From NCBI RefSeq assembly GCF_022539665.2, contig NC_081332.1, positions 4,154,001 to 4,218,000 on the forward strand: a stretch of DNA of 64,000 bases, in the 5' to 3' direction. The notes beneath the pieces are model-generated. The model did no database searches. It was given only the letters and a program-made list of their open reading frames with translations, and was not told the DNA's origin. This stretch comes from Daphnia carinata (lineage: Eukaryota). Position numbers and translations under genes: made by a program. Below are positions 60,201 to 64,000 of the stretch, one piece after another; position 1 is the first letter of the stretch; each line of letters starts with the position of its first letter.

Positions 60201-62766
60201 AATAAAAATGTTTTTGAATTTGTAATGCGAGAGGATTGTTCGTGAGTTCGCCTCTTTTTGTTTTGAACTTGGAACGCGAAATTTCAAGTAAAAAAAAAAA
60301 TATATATATATATATAAAAATAAATAAATACACAAAGAATGTCTATCCCCGCAGCTCTCTTCGTTCCGGTTCCCATTGTTGCGAAAAGGAATCTGAACTT
60401 CCTTAACGACCGATGTCCAACATTATTTTATTTTATTTTATTTTTCTTTCGTCGTTGGCCATTGGAGACGCTCGACTATAAAGAATCTCTACACAAAAAT
60501 CAATGGGGGGTAGCGTTTTTAGGAAAAAAGGATGAAAACGGACGCAATTCACGTCGTGAAAAAAAAAAAAAAAAAAAGCCTTACGGTCAGCCACCGCCTA
60601 AAGCTGTTCAGTTTTTGTGTGTGGAAGAGCTTTTTATGTGGACCAAAAGAGAAAAACAAAACAAGAACGCGGTTGTTTTAGCTCATAATGGCTAGACGAA
60701 ATGTTAAGAAAAAAAGACCAGCATTTGCTATACGTCTGGGGGTAATTACACAAGAGTTGGTTATTATATTGCGCAGTAATCAAATAGCAAAACGAAGAAC
60801 CTCAAAAACCTTTTTTTTTCTTTTCCAAGAAAAAAAAAAAAAAAAAAAAGAAACCACAACGAAAAAAAAAATAAAATAAAAAAAATAAAAATAAAGGAGG
60901 GGATCTATCATGAATTGCATACCACCATCACCACCTTCCAAGGTTTGGTAAAGCTCTTTTTCCCGTCTACCAAGCCATTCCCAAAATGATACACACAAAA
61001 AATACACACTCCCATCGGTGGCTAGACACTTTTCCTAACCGACTGAACTTGATCAACAAACCATATTTCATTCCACACGCGTGGTGATGGTCATCCGGAA
61101 ACCCCCCCCCCCCCCCAAAAAAAAAATCTACCGGACAACATCAAATACGAAATCTCAGCACTTCATTTCTTCACGTTATTCGGCTCTCAATCATTGATTC
61201 TAAAAACGTAAAATGCTGAAAAAAAAAAATAAATAAAACAACATCAAAAGTATATGACCTGGCTAGTTATTTTACTATTGTAGCAGACGTCATCGACACA
61301 CCGGCAAAGAAAAAAAAAAAACAAAAAAAAAAAACGGTATCTTAACCATTTTCCTTACATGGTTGGGAAAGACCTACGTAGCTCAACATTTCCCCTTTTG
61401 AAAAAAAAAACTAAACAAAAAACAACTACAGAGGGCAACAACAAAATAAATGGAAGAGAAAAGAGAACTTCCTGTGTGTCCCCAATAACATACACACACA
61501 CACACACACACCACGTACTGTTATATAGGTATAGCTAACACGAAGAGAAGAGGACGCCCTTTTTTTCTTTTTTCCCAACGGTGAACTCTCCTGTGCTTTT
61601 TTGAAAGGGCGCGCGCGCGCGCGCGCGTTGTAACACAAGAGTCGATCGTCGTGAGTCCTTCTTTTTTTTTTTCGCTTCCCATTCTACCCATATCGGGCGT
61701 GAGAAACGGAGGAGTAAAAAAGAAGGATAAGAGAGAAAAGAAAAGAGAGGATGATAGCGCACATAGACACACACACACACACAGACACGTAAATATGTAA
61801 GGCGGCCTCATTTTCCAGGTCGGGGGAATGAAGAGTCTATAAAGAAGAAGAAGAAGAAGAAGAAGAAGCAACGGTACCTTTGGCGAGTAGTTGAACGCGG
61901 GAATTTCGAAATGAATCACATAAAAAAAAAAAAAAAAAAAAAAAAAGAGGAATCCAAAATGGAAGATCAGGTCATGACGACAACCGACGATGGCCAATAG
62001 ATTGGCGCTAATGTCTTTTCCTCGAAAGAAACGGAAACTACCAATCAGAAAATTGACAGTTTGGATTGAACGAAAAAAAAACAAACAAAAAAAAACAAAC
62101 GCTGTTCAACACACGTCCAGTTACGCAAATGAACCAGCGCAAAAAAAAAAATCAAACAATGTCGTCGATGTATATCCTTCGACGAAATAATGCTGGCACG
62201 GACACTCAAAAGTTCAAAAGGTGCTGGTACAAGACGAGCGGAGGGGGGGGGGGGGGGGCGACGCAAGTCACATGAGACAGGGGGGGGGGTTACACACCTG
62301 TCCAATCTCGAAAGAAGGTCTTCGTATGTCTTTTTTTTTTTTTCCCCCCACTGACACGAGGAGATAGGGGGGGGGGATGATTTAGCAAACACACTCACTG
62401 AAACACGGAACACGCACACACACACACACACACATACAGAAAAGATTGTGTGTGTGGAGGACACGAAAAAAAAAAAATATGGATGGAGGCACTACTAATC
62501 CGCGGCGAAGTTGGATTCCGACTGGCACAACACAAAACAACACGGCCGCTATACAACCACACGACCACCGCCGCCACCTTTCCTCCTTTATTTTTCCCTC
62601 CCCCCCTCTCTCTCTCTCTCTCTACTTTTCGCCTCACGGCGGCTCACATGCCGTGTTATTCACCGGGGCGGTCCTTCCTTCTCTCTCTCTCTTTCTCTCT
62701 TTGTGAATAACGTATACACACACACACACACATACCCTCACTGACTAACCCAACACAACTCCACCT

Positions 62767-62797
<31 letters not shown>

Positions 62798-64000
62798 GAA
62801 ATAAAAAGAAATGCCTCAGGGCATATTGCCGTGCTTACCTTTTGGATGTGCGCGCTTGTAGTAACCAACCACGGCGGAGCTCGTAGTTCAGGTATTCGTC
62901 CGATCGAACAGACACTGGAAACACCACTATACCACTATGCGTAATAGGGCAACCAGACGACACATCATAACCTGTCTCTTGTCCATCCTTTTTTTTCGAT
63001 ACAAGAGTAGCGGTTACTATCGAAAGAATGACGACAATGAAATTTAATAACTTACCTTAAGGGTATATATAATATTTCTTCTTCTATGGAGGAAGGACCT
63101 TTTTTGTGTGTGTGTGTGTGTGTTCTTATTATTCTCGTCTGTTCCAGTCGTTTTTCTTCTTTTTGGCATTTTTTTTTTTTTGTCCTATAGGAAAAATTCA
63201 AAAAAAAAATATGGTCGTCATCGTTTACATTCTCCTAGTGAAATTCCGGCCTGTTCTTTTTTACATTTTTTTTTTGAAGACGAAAGAACAGAAAAAAAAA
63301 AAAAAAAAAAATGAGGATGAAAGCGCCACTGGGCAAACTGTCAGCACAGGTGCGCTATATTTATACATACGCACGCACACACGAAAGAGAGAGAGAGAGA
63401 GAGAGAGAAAGGAGGCGGGCATTCCAGGTGGATGAACGGAAAAAAAAAAGTCAGGGGGGAAGGAAGAGAATAGAAATGTGAAGGAAAGAAGAGACTTGAA
63501 GAAAAAAAAAAAAAAAAAAAAAAGAAAAAATATGCACGAAAATAAAAAAGAAAAAATTACCCAGGTAATTTCAGCCGTCGTCTATGGGCAAAGAAACTTG
63601 GCTTTCCATGTTTTTTCCTTCTTCTTTTTGAAACAAAATAAAGGCAGCCACGGTCATTATTACGAGGCGGCATGCTTCCATGAAAAGAGCAAAAAAAAAA
63701 AAAAAAAAATAAAAAATAAGCAAGCCATTGACATTGCATAGTTCTGCAAACCGAAAATAAAGACGTCAGGTATTGGATCGTAAGTAGGGAAAAGAAGTTT
63801 TTCAACTCGATTAGTTCAATCAAACACGTCGATTAAAAAAACGATCGCATTCATGAACGCTTTCTTTTTTTTTAAATTTTTTTAAGTGCCGAGGTCGAAT
63901 TGTCGTAATAAACCTCGTTATTTTTAGATCGTACAATCAGCGCGCAAATGAATGAAAGAAAGCACAAAAAAAAAAAAAAATGAAATGGGAAAGAGAGAGA

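Noticed and set aside
54000..64000. Dozens of short Lys- or Phe-rich ORFs
   Set aside because: Produced by poly-A/T and dinucleotide tracts; no coding signal

Overview
Eukaryotic, AT-rich arthropod genomic DNA. Short ~55-75 nt introns, long poly-A/T tracts and CCTAA/TTAGG remnants suggest a branchiopod crustacean such as Daphnia; the taxon is an inference. The left ~14 kb is a compact block of spliced housekeeping genes: VPS11, TAF10, a PFKFB-like gene lacking its kinase P-loop, and NUFIP1. From 14 to 38 kb is a transposon-rich, rearranged block. It holds five copies of a long arm with the terminus TATGGCAATCCGTTTTAC, arranged as two giant inverted-repeat (foldback-like) structures. It also holds a 2.26-kb hAT-like element filled with a ~355-bp array of [TATCGATA + hairpin + tRNA-like A/B-box] units, a dynamin/EHD-like GTPase gene whose intron contains a solo LTR with a nested pogo-like MITE, and a 5'-truncated SLC12 (NKCC-type) gene. 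The right part has a secreted chitin-binding (CBM14-type) gene, a large low-complexity N-myristoylation-motif gene with an internal frameshift, and ~10 kb of non-coding low-complexity DNA. The most unusual signal is 14 tRNA-like Pol III promoter cassettes carried inside three different transposon families. Coordinates were read by eye and family calls come from motif recognition, not database searches.
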